Source of the DNA: Alphaproteobacteria bacterium
Lineage (GTDB): Bacteria > Pseudomonadota > Alphaproteobacteria > UBA7985
Direction of reading: 5' to 3'
Assembly (NCBI GenBank): GCA_965228345.1
Contig: CBDDHH010000004.1
Location: 663,133-727,132 of the forward strand
Length of the DNA: 64,000 nt
A model generated the notes under the pieces. It saw nothing but the letters and a program-made list of their open reading frames with translations, had not been told where the DNA came from and did not search any database. Both the position numbers and the translations under genes were made by a program. This document shows positions 28,495-36,723 of the stretch, piece after piece (the stretch's first letter is position 1; the number at the start of each line of letters is the position of its first letter).

Positions 28495-29574
28495 ATGGGA
28501 AGACAGCAGGACTGGCGGGTCAGCCGACGCGCGACTTTGGGGCTTGGCCTGGGTGCCAGTGCGGGACTGGCAACCCCGGCCTTGGCCAAAAAGGCAGGCC
28601 AAACTTGGACTCTGGTGACTTCCTGGGGCCGCGATGCGCCAGGCCCGGGCACCACGGCCCAACGCCTGGCGGACCGCATCACCCAAACCTCCAATGGCGA
28701 ACTGACCGTCATCCTGTTCGCGGCGGGGGAACGCGTTGGGGGCTTTGATGTGTTCGACGCCGTGTCCAGCGGGGACGCTCACATGGGCCATACCGCGAGT
28801 TTTTTCTGGACCGGAAAAGTCGGACAAGCCGCCGCCTTTTTCACCACCGTTCCCTTCGGCATGACCGCTGAACCATACGCAGGCTGGCTTTACCACGGCG
28901 GCGGACAGGCGCTGTGGGACCAGCTCTACGCCCCGTTTGGGCTCAAACCGCTTATGGCGGGTAATTCGGGCATGACCATGGGCGGCTGGTTTCGCGCGCG
29001 CCTTGACGGCCTTGGCGATCTTGCAGGTCTCAAGATTCGTGCGAGCGGTCTGGGCGGAGCCGTCTACACCAAGCTCGGCGCCGCCGTCGTTAGCCTGCCG
29101 CCCGCGCAGTTGTACGAAAATCTCAATTCGGGCGCTTTGGACGCCGTGGAATTTCTGGGACCGTTTTCAGACGCTGCCCTTGGGTTTTATCAGGCCGCAC
29201 CCTACTACTATCACCCTGGGTTCAACAAGCCTAATGGGCCCGCCGAAGCGCTGGTGAACCACGACGATTGGCACAACCTCGCGCCGCACTTACGCGAAAT
29301 CGTCGCCCAAGCATGCTTGGCGGAGAGTAGCTATGGCCTAGCCGAGGCGTGGGCCAACAATAGTCAGAAGCTTCGAGAATTGAGCGACCTGGGCGTAGAA
29401 TTGCACGCCTTCCCCGAGGAGGTGATGGCCGCAGCGGAGGCCGCGAACGCCGAGCTGATGCAAGAGCTCAAGCAGGCGTCGTCGCTGGCCGAGGCCATTC
29501 ACGATTCCTATTGGGCCTTCGCCGCGCGCGGCGCCGATCTCATGGCAGTGACCCAAACAAGTTTTCTCCGCTGA
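28495..29574 (+). CDS. Orphan TRAP DctP-family substrate-binding protein (Tat signal), paralog of the 6269 gene
   Basis: AGGAAG Shine-Dalgarno, then MGRQQDWRVSRRATLGLGLGASAGLATPALA. Same conserved blocks as the first DctP (FAAGERVGGFDVFDAVSSGDA...YYYHPGF). No permease genes adjacent. Confidence 0.8.
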   Translation: MGRQQDWRVSRRATLGLGLGASAGLATPALAKKAGQTWTLVTSWGRDAPGPGTTAQRLADRITQTSNGELTVILFAAGERVGGFDVFDAVSSGDAHMGHTASFFWTGKVGQAAAFFTTVPFGMTAEPYAGWLYHGGGQALWDQLYAPFGLKPLMAGNSGMTMGGWFRARLDGLGDLAGLKIRASGLGGAVYTKLGAAVVSLPPAQLYENLNSGALDAVEFLGPFSDAALGFYQAAPYYYHPGFNKPNGPAEALVNHDDWHNLAPHLREIVAQACLAESSYGLAEAWANNSQKLRELSDLGVELHAFPEEVMAAAEAANAELMQELKQASSLAEAIHDSYWAFAARGADLMAVTQTSFLR

Positions 29575-29580
29575 GGCCGC

Positions 29581-30996
29581 GTGTCCATCGCGACCGGTCC
29601 CCTTGTCCATTGCCTTACCAACGCCGTCACGGCAGGGTTTGTGGCGGACTGTGTCGCAGCAGTCGGCGGGCGGCCCCTCATGGCCGAAGACCCGCGCGAA
29701 TGCGCACAGCTGGCCGACTTGGCCGACGCGCTGGTCGTCAATCTGGGTCAACTCGACCCCCGCAAAGAAGAGGCTATTTGGGCTGCGGTGCGCGCGCGCG
29801 GTCATCGCCCCTGGACCCTCGATCCCGTCGCGGTCGGGGTTTTTCCGTCGCGCTTGACCCTTGCCCAGCGCCTTCTCTCCGCGCATCCACCAAACCAAAT
29901 TCGCGGCAACGCCAGCGAAGTATGGACTCTGGCGACGTGCCGCCCGAGCGGGTCGGGAACCGAATCAACCCAGCGCGCGCTAAAAAAACCAAAGCGCTTG
30001 CGCGATAGGCTTGCGGCGCGCGAAATCTGTGTCACCCAAGCGGACCAGCGGCCAGGCAAGCGCGATCTGTGCCTGGCTGGTGACCAGGAAACCTGGTACC
30101 CTGGCGGTTCACCGATTATGGGACAACTGCCCGGGTTCGGCTGCGCCCTATCAGCGGTTGCCGCAACCTTGCAGTCGGGCGACCGGGCCCTTAGTCTGTT
30201 CGGCGAGGTGGGCCGCGCGGCGGGGCGCGCTGGCATGGGTGCCTTCCGCGGGGCCTTTGTCAGCGCCCTAGCCAGCGCTAACCGCAAGACCCGCGCCCGC
30301 GCCGCCCTGCCCCTCTACTTTGTCGCAGGGCCGCAGGATTGCGGCGGTTCGCATGAGCGGCTGTCCAAAATATTGGCGGCGGCCCTCGCGGGCGGGATAA
30401 CCGCTTATCAATATCGCCCCAAGGCAATGAGTTCCAAGGTCGCGCGGTCCGCTGGGAGAACTCTCAGGGCCCAATGCGCGGCGGCGGGCGTGCCATTCCT
30501 GGTTAATGACGATCTCGACTTGGCCCTCGCCCTGGACGCCGACGGACTGCACTTGGGTCAAGGCGACGGGGATCCACAGGCGGCGCGCGCTGCCCTCGGC
30601 CCGCAGGCGATCCTGGGCCTATCAATCAGCAGCCCTGACCATTGGGCCTCTTATCGGGCTGACTGCGTTGACTATGCTGGCCTTGGTCCTTACGCCGATA
30701 CCGTCACCAAACCCGACCATAGGGCCCCCCTTGGTCACAGAGGGATGCAGCGCCTGCGAGCTTTGCGCCCTGAGGTACCCGCTGTAGCAATCGGTGGTGT
30801 TGGATTGTCCAACCTGCATCAAGCGTTAACAACGAGCGTAGATGGGGTCGCAGTCGTCAGCGCTCTGACCTCTGCGGATAAACCTGCAGAGCAAGCCCGC
30901 ACTCTTGCGGCTCTTATTTACGCAACAAAATCACACGGCTCGGAAAGCCGCCAGGCCGCCGATTTTGGGGTAGCTACCGCAAAATCGACGCATTAA
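29581..30996 (+). CDS. Bifunctional hydroxyethylthiazole kinase (ThiM, N-terminal) / thiamine-phosphate synthase (ThiE, C-terminal) fusion
   Basis: N-terminal LVHCLTNAVTAGFVADCVAAVGGRPLMAE...IRGNASEV...GFGCALSAVAA are ThiM motifs. C-terminal LYFVAGPQD...HLGQGDG...AIGGVGLSNL... is ThiE-like. Single continuous ORF, 6 bp after dctP-2. Confidence 0.65.
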   Translation: MSIATGPLVHCLTNAVTAGFVADCVAAVGGRPLMAEDPRECAQLADLADALVVNLGQLDPRKEEAIWAAVRARGHRPWTLDPVAVGVFPSRLTLAQRLLSAHPPNQIRGNASEVWTLATCRPSGSGTESTQRALKKPKRLRDRLAAREICVTQADQRPGKRDLCLAGDQETWYPGGSPIMGQLPGFGCALSAVAATLQSGDRALSLFGEVGRAAGRAGMGAFRGAFVSALASANRKTRARAALPLYFVAGPQDCGGSHERLSKILAAALAGGITAYQYRPKAMSSKVARSAGRTLRAQCAAAGVPFLVNDDLDLALALDADGLHLGQGDGDPQAARAALGPQAILGLSISSPDHWASYRADCVDYAGLGPYADTVTKPDHRAPLGHRGMQRLRALRPEVPAVAIGGVGLSNLHQALTTSVDGVAVVSALTSADKPAEQARTLAALIYATKSHGSESRQAADFGVATAKSTH

Positions 30997-31000
30997 GCTT

Positions 31001-31160
31001 ATACCAGTTTTTATAAATGGTGACCCATTCATGAAGATTTTTGATGTCACGGCAGAAACGCTTCGCGTTTCGCCTCCCCTTCGCTTATGCCACGAGGCAC
31101 TTTCTTAGCTATTCTCGGGGCTGCTACGGGGGCCGCAGTCGCGGCCCTTATACCAGCGGC
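31001..31160 (+). mobile_element. MITE copy R6 (variant left end ATACCAGTTTTTATAAATGGTGACCC), merging into the IS630-family left terminus
   Basis: Shares the GGCAGAAACGCTTCGCGTTTCGCC and GGGGGCCGCAGTCGCGGCCC hairpins. Its right end is the TTATACCAGCGGCGG sequence that also begins the adjacent IS630 remnant. Confidence 0.65.
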
Positions 31161-31460
31161 GGTAGCTTTTGACTCGTAGAAGTGTTTTTTCAACTAGGTC
31201 GTATTGTGATTCGTATTTCCCGCAAACAGGAGATACCTATGGCCATAGCAATCACACGCGCAAACCATAGCGCTAAGGATTTAAGAAAGTTTGCAGCGCG
31301 GAGTAAGGATCCCAAAGTTTCGCGCCGGGTACTAGCCATAGCGATGCTTATTGAGGGTAGTTCTTGTAAGTTTGCCGGTGAATGCTACGGCATGGATCGC
31401 CAAACACTTTGTGATTGGGTTCATCGTTACAATCTCGAACAGCCCTCTGCATAAGGAAGG
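31150..31460 (+). mobile_element. IS630-family IS remnant: left TIR + truncated transposase N-terminus (HTH)
   Basis: ORF 31239..31454 MAIAITRANHSAKDLRKFAARSKDPKVSRRVLAIAMLIEGSSCKFAGECYGMDRQTLCDWVHRYNLEQ matches IS630-family N-terminal HTH regions. Preceded by ATACCAGCGGCGGTAGCTTTTGACTC, which resembles the MITE TIR. Confidence 0.65.
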
Positions 31461-31506
31461 TTTCCAATTCAGGATTCCCGGCGATTGGGGGATGTGCTAT
31501 GTATTT

Positions 31507-31746
31507 GAGACCAGCGGCGATTTAAAATGACTCTTTTATTCGCTGGTATAAGGGCCGCGACTGCGGCCCCCGTAGCGGGCTCCAAGCCCGAAGGGCGTAG
31601 GGAACGCCTGCGCCAAAAACAAGCGGCCCCGAGATGAGCTAAGAAAGCGCCTCGGGGTATAAGCGAAGGGGCGGCGAAACGCGAAGCGTTTCTGCCGTGA
31701 GACATAAAACGGCTGAAAAAGTGTCAACTTTTTTCGCCGTTGGTAT
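31507..31746 (-). mobile_element. MITE copy R7
   Basis: Near-identical to R2. ...GTGTCAACTTTTTTCGCCGTTGGTAT terminus. Truncates the IS630 remnant. Confidence 0.8.
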
Positions 31747-31839
31747 TGGTTTTTTGTTTCTTGACCCAAGAATGCTCTTGCCTTCGACACACTTTTGCCG
31801 TCGGTACTTTAGGTGTTCGAGATTTTGGTGGAGGACTGG

Positions 31840-32652
31840 ATGGCATTTGCCGCGCTCATGGTGAGTGCAGCTCTGGTCGCCGGATTTTTAGCGGGTCTGT
31901 TCGGAGTTGGCGGCGGGGCCGTCATGGTACCAGTTTTTTCTGAAGTCTATGTTTGGGGCGGGACCGACCCGATTGTCGCGCAGTTTGTGGCCGTGGGCAC
32001 GTCCTTGGCCGTCATTGTTCCCACATCTCTGCGCTCAGCGCGGGCGCATCTGGCGGCGGACAACATCGAACGCCATGTCTTGCGGACATATCTTTGGTTT
32101 GTACCGTTGGGCGTCGTTGGCGCGCTCGCCTTCGCCACCTCAGACTGGGTTAAGGGCACCCAGGTGTTGCGGTTCACTTTTGGCGTCACTGCCGCGCTGA
32201 TCGCCGCGTACATGCTGTTGCAAGCCAAGGAGGCTCGCCGGCGCGATACCGGACCCACGCCGCCGCTGACGCAAATTGGGGCGACTGTGATCGGTTTTCT
32301 CTCGCTCTTGATGGGCATCGGGGGGGGCCTTATGAACAACCTGTTTATGATAGTTCAGGGCACGCCGATCAAGCGCGCCATCGGCACCTCAGCGGCGGTC
32401 GGGACCTTGATCTCTTTACCTGGGGCGTTGGGATTCGTTTGGATTGGCTGGGGGACGGCCGGGCTGCCGCCCTTCACTTGGGGCTATGTCAACTGGCTGA
32501 CGGTTCTGCTCGTGATCCCGATCACCGTTCTTGTGGCTCCCAGGGGCGCACGCCTTACCCAGCGCTTACCCGAGGCCCTGACCTCCCGTCTGTTTGGCGC
32601 CTTTCTGTTTCTGGTCGGAACGCGGATGCTCTGGACCGTCTGGCACGCCTAG
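31840..32652 (+). CDS. TSUP (TauE/SafE, DUF81) family membrane transporter
   Basis: Two internal repeats with the GxGGG motifs (LFGVGGGAVMVP and LMGIGGGLMNN). GGAGGA Shine-Dalgarno 4 nt before the ATG at 31840. Confidence 0.7.
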   Translation: MAFAALMVSAALVAGFLAGLFGVGGGAVMVPVFSEVYVWGGTDPIVAQFVAVGTSLAVIVPTSLRSARAHLAADNIERHVLRTYLWFVPLGVVGALAFATSDWVKGTQVLRFTFGVTAALIAAYMLLQAKEARRRDTGPTPPLTQIGATVIGFLSLLMGIGGGLMNNLFMIVQGTPIKRAIGTSAAVGTLISLPGALGFVWIGWGTAGLPPFTWGYVNWLTVLLVIPITVLVAPRGARLTQRLPEALTSRLFGAFLFLVGTRMLWTVWHA

Positions 32653-33587
32653 TGGCCGCGGTGCGAGATTCCCATCCATATCTAAACTCCGTATTGGCAG
32701 CTTGGCGGGTACAGGATTTGTCGTGTCGGCTGCATGCCGAGCGAGAAAACAGAGTCTATGCCGTTGGCGCACCCGCGCGCTACGCCCTCCGTGCCCATCG
32801 TCCAGCCCTTCGAACATCGCGCCAAATTGAGGCTGAGTTGACTTGGATGGCGAGTTTGGCCGACCAGTCCTTGCCCGTCCCGCGCCCGGTCCTAACGCGG
32901 GCGCAGGCATTGGTGCTGGATCGCGATGGTCAGCTCTACTCCCTCGTCACCTGGCTGCCCGGGGCGCCGCTGGGTCGCGGACAGGCCCCGCTCACCCTAA
33001 CCGACCCCTTGGGTACGTTTCGTGCCTTGGGCCGCCTCTTCGCCCGCCTCCATGCGCTTACGCCGCCCGCCGATCTGGACCGGCCCCGCTGGGACACTTT
33101 GGGATTGGTCGGAGAGACGCCGCTCTGGGGCAGGTTTTGGGACCACCCCCACCTCAACCACAGTGAGCGGGACCTGCTATGCGCCGTTCGGGATCAAGCT
33201 CGGCGGGAACTGCAGGCGCTCAATCTGCCCATCCAGCTGATCCACGCCGACCCTTTGCAAGAAAACGTCCTCGTCGAGGGCGATCAGGTTGCGTTGATCG
33301 ACTTTGACGATTGCGCCTACGGCTATCCCCTGTTCGATTTGGCAACGGCGCTGGTGCAACGCCTCCCCGACCCAAGATTCCCCGATCTGCGCGACGCCCT
33401 GATAGAGGGCTATGGTGGCTGCGATCGTCGAGCTTTGGCCCTATTGTTCCTTGTGCGGTGTCTTACTTACCTTGGCTGGATCAAAGATAAGATGACCACG
33501 CCTCAGGGCCAGGCCATGTCGCAGCGCATCCTTACCCGTGCCGTAGGGCAGGCCAGGGCCTATGAAAAGGGCCAAAGTCCGATTTAA
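32652..33587 (+). CDS. Phosphotransferase (aminoglycoside phosphotransferase / homoserine kinase II-like) family protein
   Basis: Brenner motif HADPLQENVLV and IDFDDCAYGYPLFDLA of the APH/choline-kinase fold. Start uncertain (GTG overlapping the upstream stop). Confidence 0.6.
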   Translation: MAAVRDSHPYLNSVLAAWRVQDLSCRLHAERENRVYAVGAPARYALRAHRPALRTSRQIEAELTWMASLADQSLPVPRPVLTRAQALVLDRDGQLYSLVTWLPGAPLGRGQAPLTLTDPLGTFRALGRLFARLHALTPPADLDRPRWDTLGLVGETPLWGRFWDHPHLNHSERDLLCAVRDQARRELQALNLPIQLIHADPLQENVLVEGDQVALIDFDDCAYGYPLFDLATALVQRLPDPRFPDLRDALIEGYGGCDRRALALLFLVRCLTYLGWIKDKMTTPQGQAMSQRILTRAVGQARAYEKGQSPI

Positions 33588-34513
33588 CCCTGGCTTAGGT
33601 TACGGCGGTCTTGGAGCATAGTTGCAAAAGCTTCTTCCACGGGCGTCGGCTGGAAGTCGGGCAAGATCTGTTCAAAGTCTTCTCCTGCGACCGCGTGCGG
33701 GGTGCGCCAAAGGTAGGACATGGCGACGACCCCGCGCAGGCGCGGCGAGACGAGGCTGAGGAGTCGCATGAGCGGCCAAGGAAACCCCCTTAAGGTCAAG
33801 TCCCGACCCATGGCATGAGCGCTGCGACGACACAGGTCTTGTCCAGTTAAGGTGTATCCTGGAAACAGTACTTCGCGATGCCCCGTCTGCGCTCTTAGTT
33901 CTTGACACAAGCCGATGGCAGCGCGCGCCATATCGGGCAGATAGGCAAAGCTATGGTCAAGGCCTGTTGGCCCTGGGTAGGCAAAGCGGCCTTTGGCGAT
34001 ACCCTGGGTCATATAGGTATCAAACCAGTTCCCCGTTTGAACCCCTTCCAAAAAATCCCCACCCCGCAACAGCAGCGTCGAGACGGGGGCGGTCGCCAGC
34101 AGTTGATCGCAGGTATAGCGTACCTGGGCTAGGGTGTTGGACGGCGCTTTGCGCGTATCGGGACCGATGCGCGCGGGCATGGATGGACCGTAGGCATAGA
34201 GATTGCCGACCGAAAGCAATGGAAGATTCAGGGCTTGGCAAGCCGTCAAAACACTTTGGGTAAGCGGAACTAAAGATTTTTGCCACGCTTCGTAGGGCGG
34301 ATTGAGCGCGTTCAAAACCACGTCGGCCCCGGTTCCCGCCGCCGCAATGGCCTCGGGGTCGTGGGCGTCGCCCGTCGTGCGAACGAGGCCTGGGATCGCG
34401 GCGTCACCGTCCCAGGTTCGTGCCAGGGCGATCACTTCATGGTTTTGCGCGAGGGCGGCCTCAACGCTATGGCGCCCGAACCGACCTTTGGCGCCTAAAA
34501 TCAAGATCTTCAT
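33584..34513 (-). CDS. NAD(P)-dependent oxidoreductase, atypical SDR / NAD-dependent epimerase family
   Basis: MKILILGAKGRFGRH Rossmann motif at the N-terminus. ~309 aa. Confidence 0.7.
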   Translation of the reverse strand: MKILILGAKGRFGRHSVEAALAQNHEVIALARTWDGDAAIPGLVRTTGDAHDPEAIAAAGTGADVVLNALNPPYEAWQKSLVPLTQSVLTACQALNLPLLSVGNLYAYGPSMPARIGPDTRKAPSNTLAQVRYTCDQLLATAPVSTLLLRGGDFLEGVQTGNWFDTYMTQGIAKGRFAYPGPTGLDHSFAYLPDMARAAIGLCQELRAQTGHREVLFPGYTLTGQDLCRRSAHAMGRDLTLRGFPWPLMRLLSLVSPRLRGVVAMSYLWRTPHAVAGEDFEQILPDFQPTPVEEAFATMLQDRRNLSQG

Positions 34514-34608
34514 GGTGTTTCCTATTTGGGTAAGAGGGATCAGGCTCACGACTTAACCCACGAATTTTCGGATACTCATAGCCAAAATTTCAATCTATAT
34601 ATTCGTAA

Positions 34609-35526
34609 ATGAATAGATCATCTTTGCCGTGGCATCTGCTACAGAGTTTTTTGTCCTGCCTCGATCAGGGATCGCTGAGCGCGGCGGCGGCGCGCCTCAA
34701 GCTGAGCCAACCCACCCTTTCCCGGCACATTCGCGAGCTGGAAACCTTAATCCAGGGGCGTCTTTTCGTCCGGTCCCGCCAGGGTCTTCAGTTGACCACC
34801 CTGGGGCTAGAATTGGTTGAACCTGCGCGCGCCATGGCCGACGCTGCGGCCCAGATCAGCGCCCGACTGTCGGGAGCGGGGGCGGAGACAAGGGCGAGCG
34901 TACGCCTTACCGCCAGCCAGTACATGGCGACATTCTGGTTGCCCGAGATTCTCGTGGCCTTCCAGGCGCGTCACCCGCACATCCAGATCGAGCTGGTCGC
35001 CAACGATCAGACGCACAATCTGCTGCGGCGCGAGGCCGACATCGCGGTGCGCATGTTCCGGCCGACCCAAGATAGCCTGATCACACGGCACCTAGGCCAC
35101 ATCGATCTGTGCATGTTGACGACGCGCGCCTATTTGGCGACGCGCACGCCGCCGCAAACGCCCGAGGACTTGCGCGCCCATCGCCTGATTGGCGACGATC
35201 AACGCACCCTCATTATCGACGGCTTACGCGCCTATGGGTTGCGCTTTGGGCCCGAAGACTTTGCCTTACGTTGCGACGACCAAGTGACGGCGTTGCATTT
35301 GATCGCCGCAGGTGGGGGCATCGGTTTTGGCCAAGCGCGCCTTGCCGAGCGGTTTCCTAGCCTGATCGCCTTGCCCATCGGCGACGGCGCGCCGAAATTA
35401 CCGCTTTGGCTGACCGCCCACGAAGACTTGCGCAGCAATCGTGCCGTGCGGCTGCTCTATGACTTCTTGGCTGAGCAACTGGTTCAGGTGGTGATACCAG
35501 TTCTGCTTAACAAAGACTCCTTATGA
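34609..35526 (+). CDS. LysR family transcriptional regulator
   Basis: N-terminal HTH (LSCLDQGSLSAAAARLKLSQPTLSRHIRELE) plus LysR substrate-binding domain. Divergent from the oxidoreductase. Last ~10 codons are encoded by the MITE R8 terminus. Confidence 0.85.
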   Translation: MNRSSLPWHLLQSFLSCLDQGSLSAAAARLKLSQPTLSRHIRELETLIQGRLFVRSRQGLQLTTLGLELVEPARAMADAAAQISARLSGAGAETRASVRLTASQYMATFWLPEILVAFQARHPHIQIELVANDQTHNLLRREADIAVRMFRPTQDSLITRHLGHIDLCMLTTRAYLATRTPPQTPEDLRAHRLIGDDQRTLIIDGLRAYGLRFGPEDFALRCDDQVTALHLIAAGGGIGFGQARLAERFPSLIALPIGDGAPKLPLWLTAHEDLRSNRAVRLLYDFLAEQLVQVVIPVLLNKDSL

Positions 35527-35687
35527 ACTGGTGTAGGGCCGCGACTGCGGCCCCCGCAGCGGCCCCGAGACAAGCTAAGAAAGCGCCTCGGGGTATCAGC
35601 CAAGGCCCCGTCGGAGGCGAAACGCGAAGCGTTTCTGCCGTGAGACATAAAACGGCTGAAAATGTCAATTTTTAGCGGAGTTGGTAT
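35494..35687 (-). mobile_element. MITE copy R8
   Basis: ATACCAGTTCTGCTTAACAAAGACTCCTTATGAACTGGTGTAGGGCCGCGACTGCGG...GGAGTTGGTATTAG. Overlaps the LysR 3' end. Confidence 0.8.
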
Positions 35688-35689
35688 TA

Positions 35690-36302
35690 GGGTCCGTGGA
35701 CATTAGGGATTCCCATTTCTGCAAACTTGTGTTTCAAGCTTCCAAAACGGAGGTTTCAATGAACACAGATCGCTTTGTTGTCACAGATCAACTCTGGGAT
35801 AGGATTTCAGGGTTGATTCCAGGCCGCGATGGGGTTCGCGGTGTTACTGGAGAAGATAATCGTCTCTTCTTGGAGGCTGTGCTTTGGCGGGTGCGTGCAG
35901 GGCTCCCTTGGCGAGACTTGCCGCCAGAATTTGGCAAGTGGAATACTCAATTTCGCCGTTTCCGTCGATGGGCCGCAGCAGGTGTTTTTGAGAGACTTTT
36001 TGAAGCTCTAAACCAAGACCCCGACGTTGAATACGCTCTTATCGACGGCACTATGTTAAGCGTTCACCAGAAAGCCAGTGGCGCAAAAGGGGGGCTCAAA
36101 ATCAGTCCATTGGACGTTCAAGAGGTGGATTGACGACCAAGATCGTTGCCTTGGTTGAGGGCTTAGGGAACCTGGCCCGCTTCCTTCTGTTGCCTGGTCA
36201 AGCCCATGATATGCAAGGGGTCAAGCCACTCATAGAGGGCGTCTGTTTTGATGCTCTATTGGCTGACAAGGCTTTCGATGCAGACTGGCTTCTCGAAGAC
36301 TT
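35690..36302 (+). mobile_element. IS5-family (IS427-group) element, 3'-truncated: orfA (35759..36133) and N-terminal part of frameshifted orfB (36130..36300)
   Basis: orfA MNTDRFVVTDQLWDRISGLIPGRDGVRGVTGEDNRLFLEAVLWRVRAGLPWRDLPPEFGKWNTQFRRFRRWAAAGVFERLF (DUF4096-type). orfB fragment ...LARFLLLPGQAHDMQGVKPLIEG...ADKAFDADWL. The 5' ~200 bp is near-identical to the 54827.. copy. Truncated by MITE R9. Confidence 0.75.
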
Positions 36303-36493
36303 ATACCAACGGCGAAAAAAGCTGACACTTTTTCAGCCGTTTTATGTCTCACGGCAGAAACGCTTCGCGTTTCGCCGCCCCTTCGCTGATACCCCGAGGC
36401 GCTTTCTTAGCTCATCTCGGGGCCGCTACGGGGGCCGCAGTCGCGACCCTTATACCAGCGAATAAAAGAGTCATTTTAAATCGCCGCTGGTAT
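36303..36493 (+). mobile_element. MITE copy R9 (inserted into or abutting the IS427-like element)
   Basis: CTTATACCAACGGCGAAAAAAGCTGACAC...AAATCGCCGCTGGTATTATG. Confidence 0.8.
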
Positions 36494-36695
36494 TATGCCC
36501 CAGAACTTAACCCAATGGAGAATGTTTGGGCATATCTGCGCGCAAATAAACTCGCCGTAACTGTCTTCGACACTGTTGAGCAGATCGTCGAAAAGTGTGG
36601 GGATGCCTGGAACTTCTTCACCAATGACAAACCGCCTCTCATGTCAATCACACAAAGAAATTGGATACGCGTCAATTGATCCCGCCGTTGGTATA
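36494..36695 (+). mobile_element. IS630-family IS 3' remnant: transposase C-terminus + right TIR
   Basis: Encodes ...YAPELNPMENVWAYLRANKLAVTVFDTVEQIVEKCGDAWNFFTNDKPP, the (Y)SPELNPIE..W..LK end of IS630/Tc1-type DDE transposases. Terminates CCGCCGTTGGTATAAG, identical to MITE termini. Confidence 0.6.
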
Positions 36696-36723
36696 AGACA
36701 CCCTAGACTTGCAAAAAGTAATG

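Noticed and set aside
28080-28495. TPP riboswitch upstream of the dctP-thiM/thiE operon
   Set aside because: I could not find the conserved CTGAGA / ACCTGATCTGGATAATGCCAGCG core by eye. Left as a check (Rfam scan) rather than a call.
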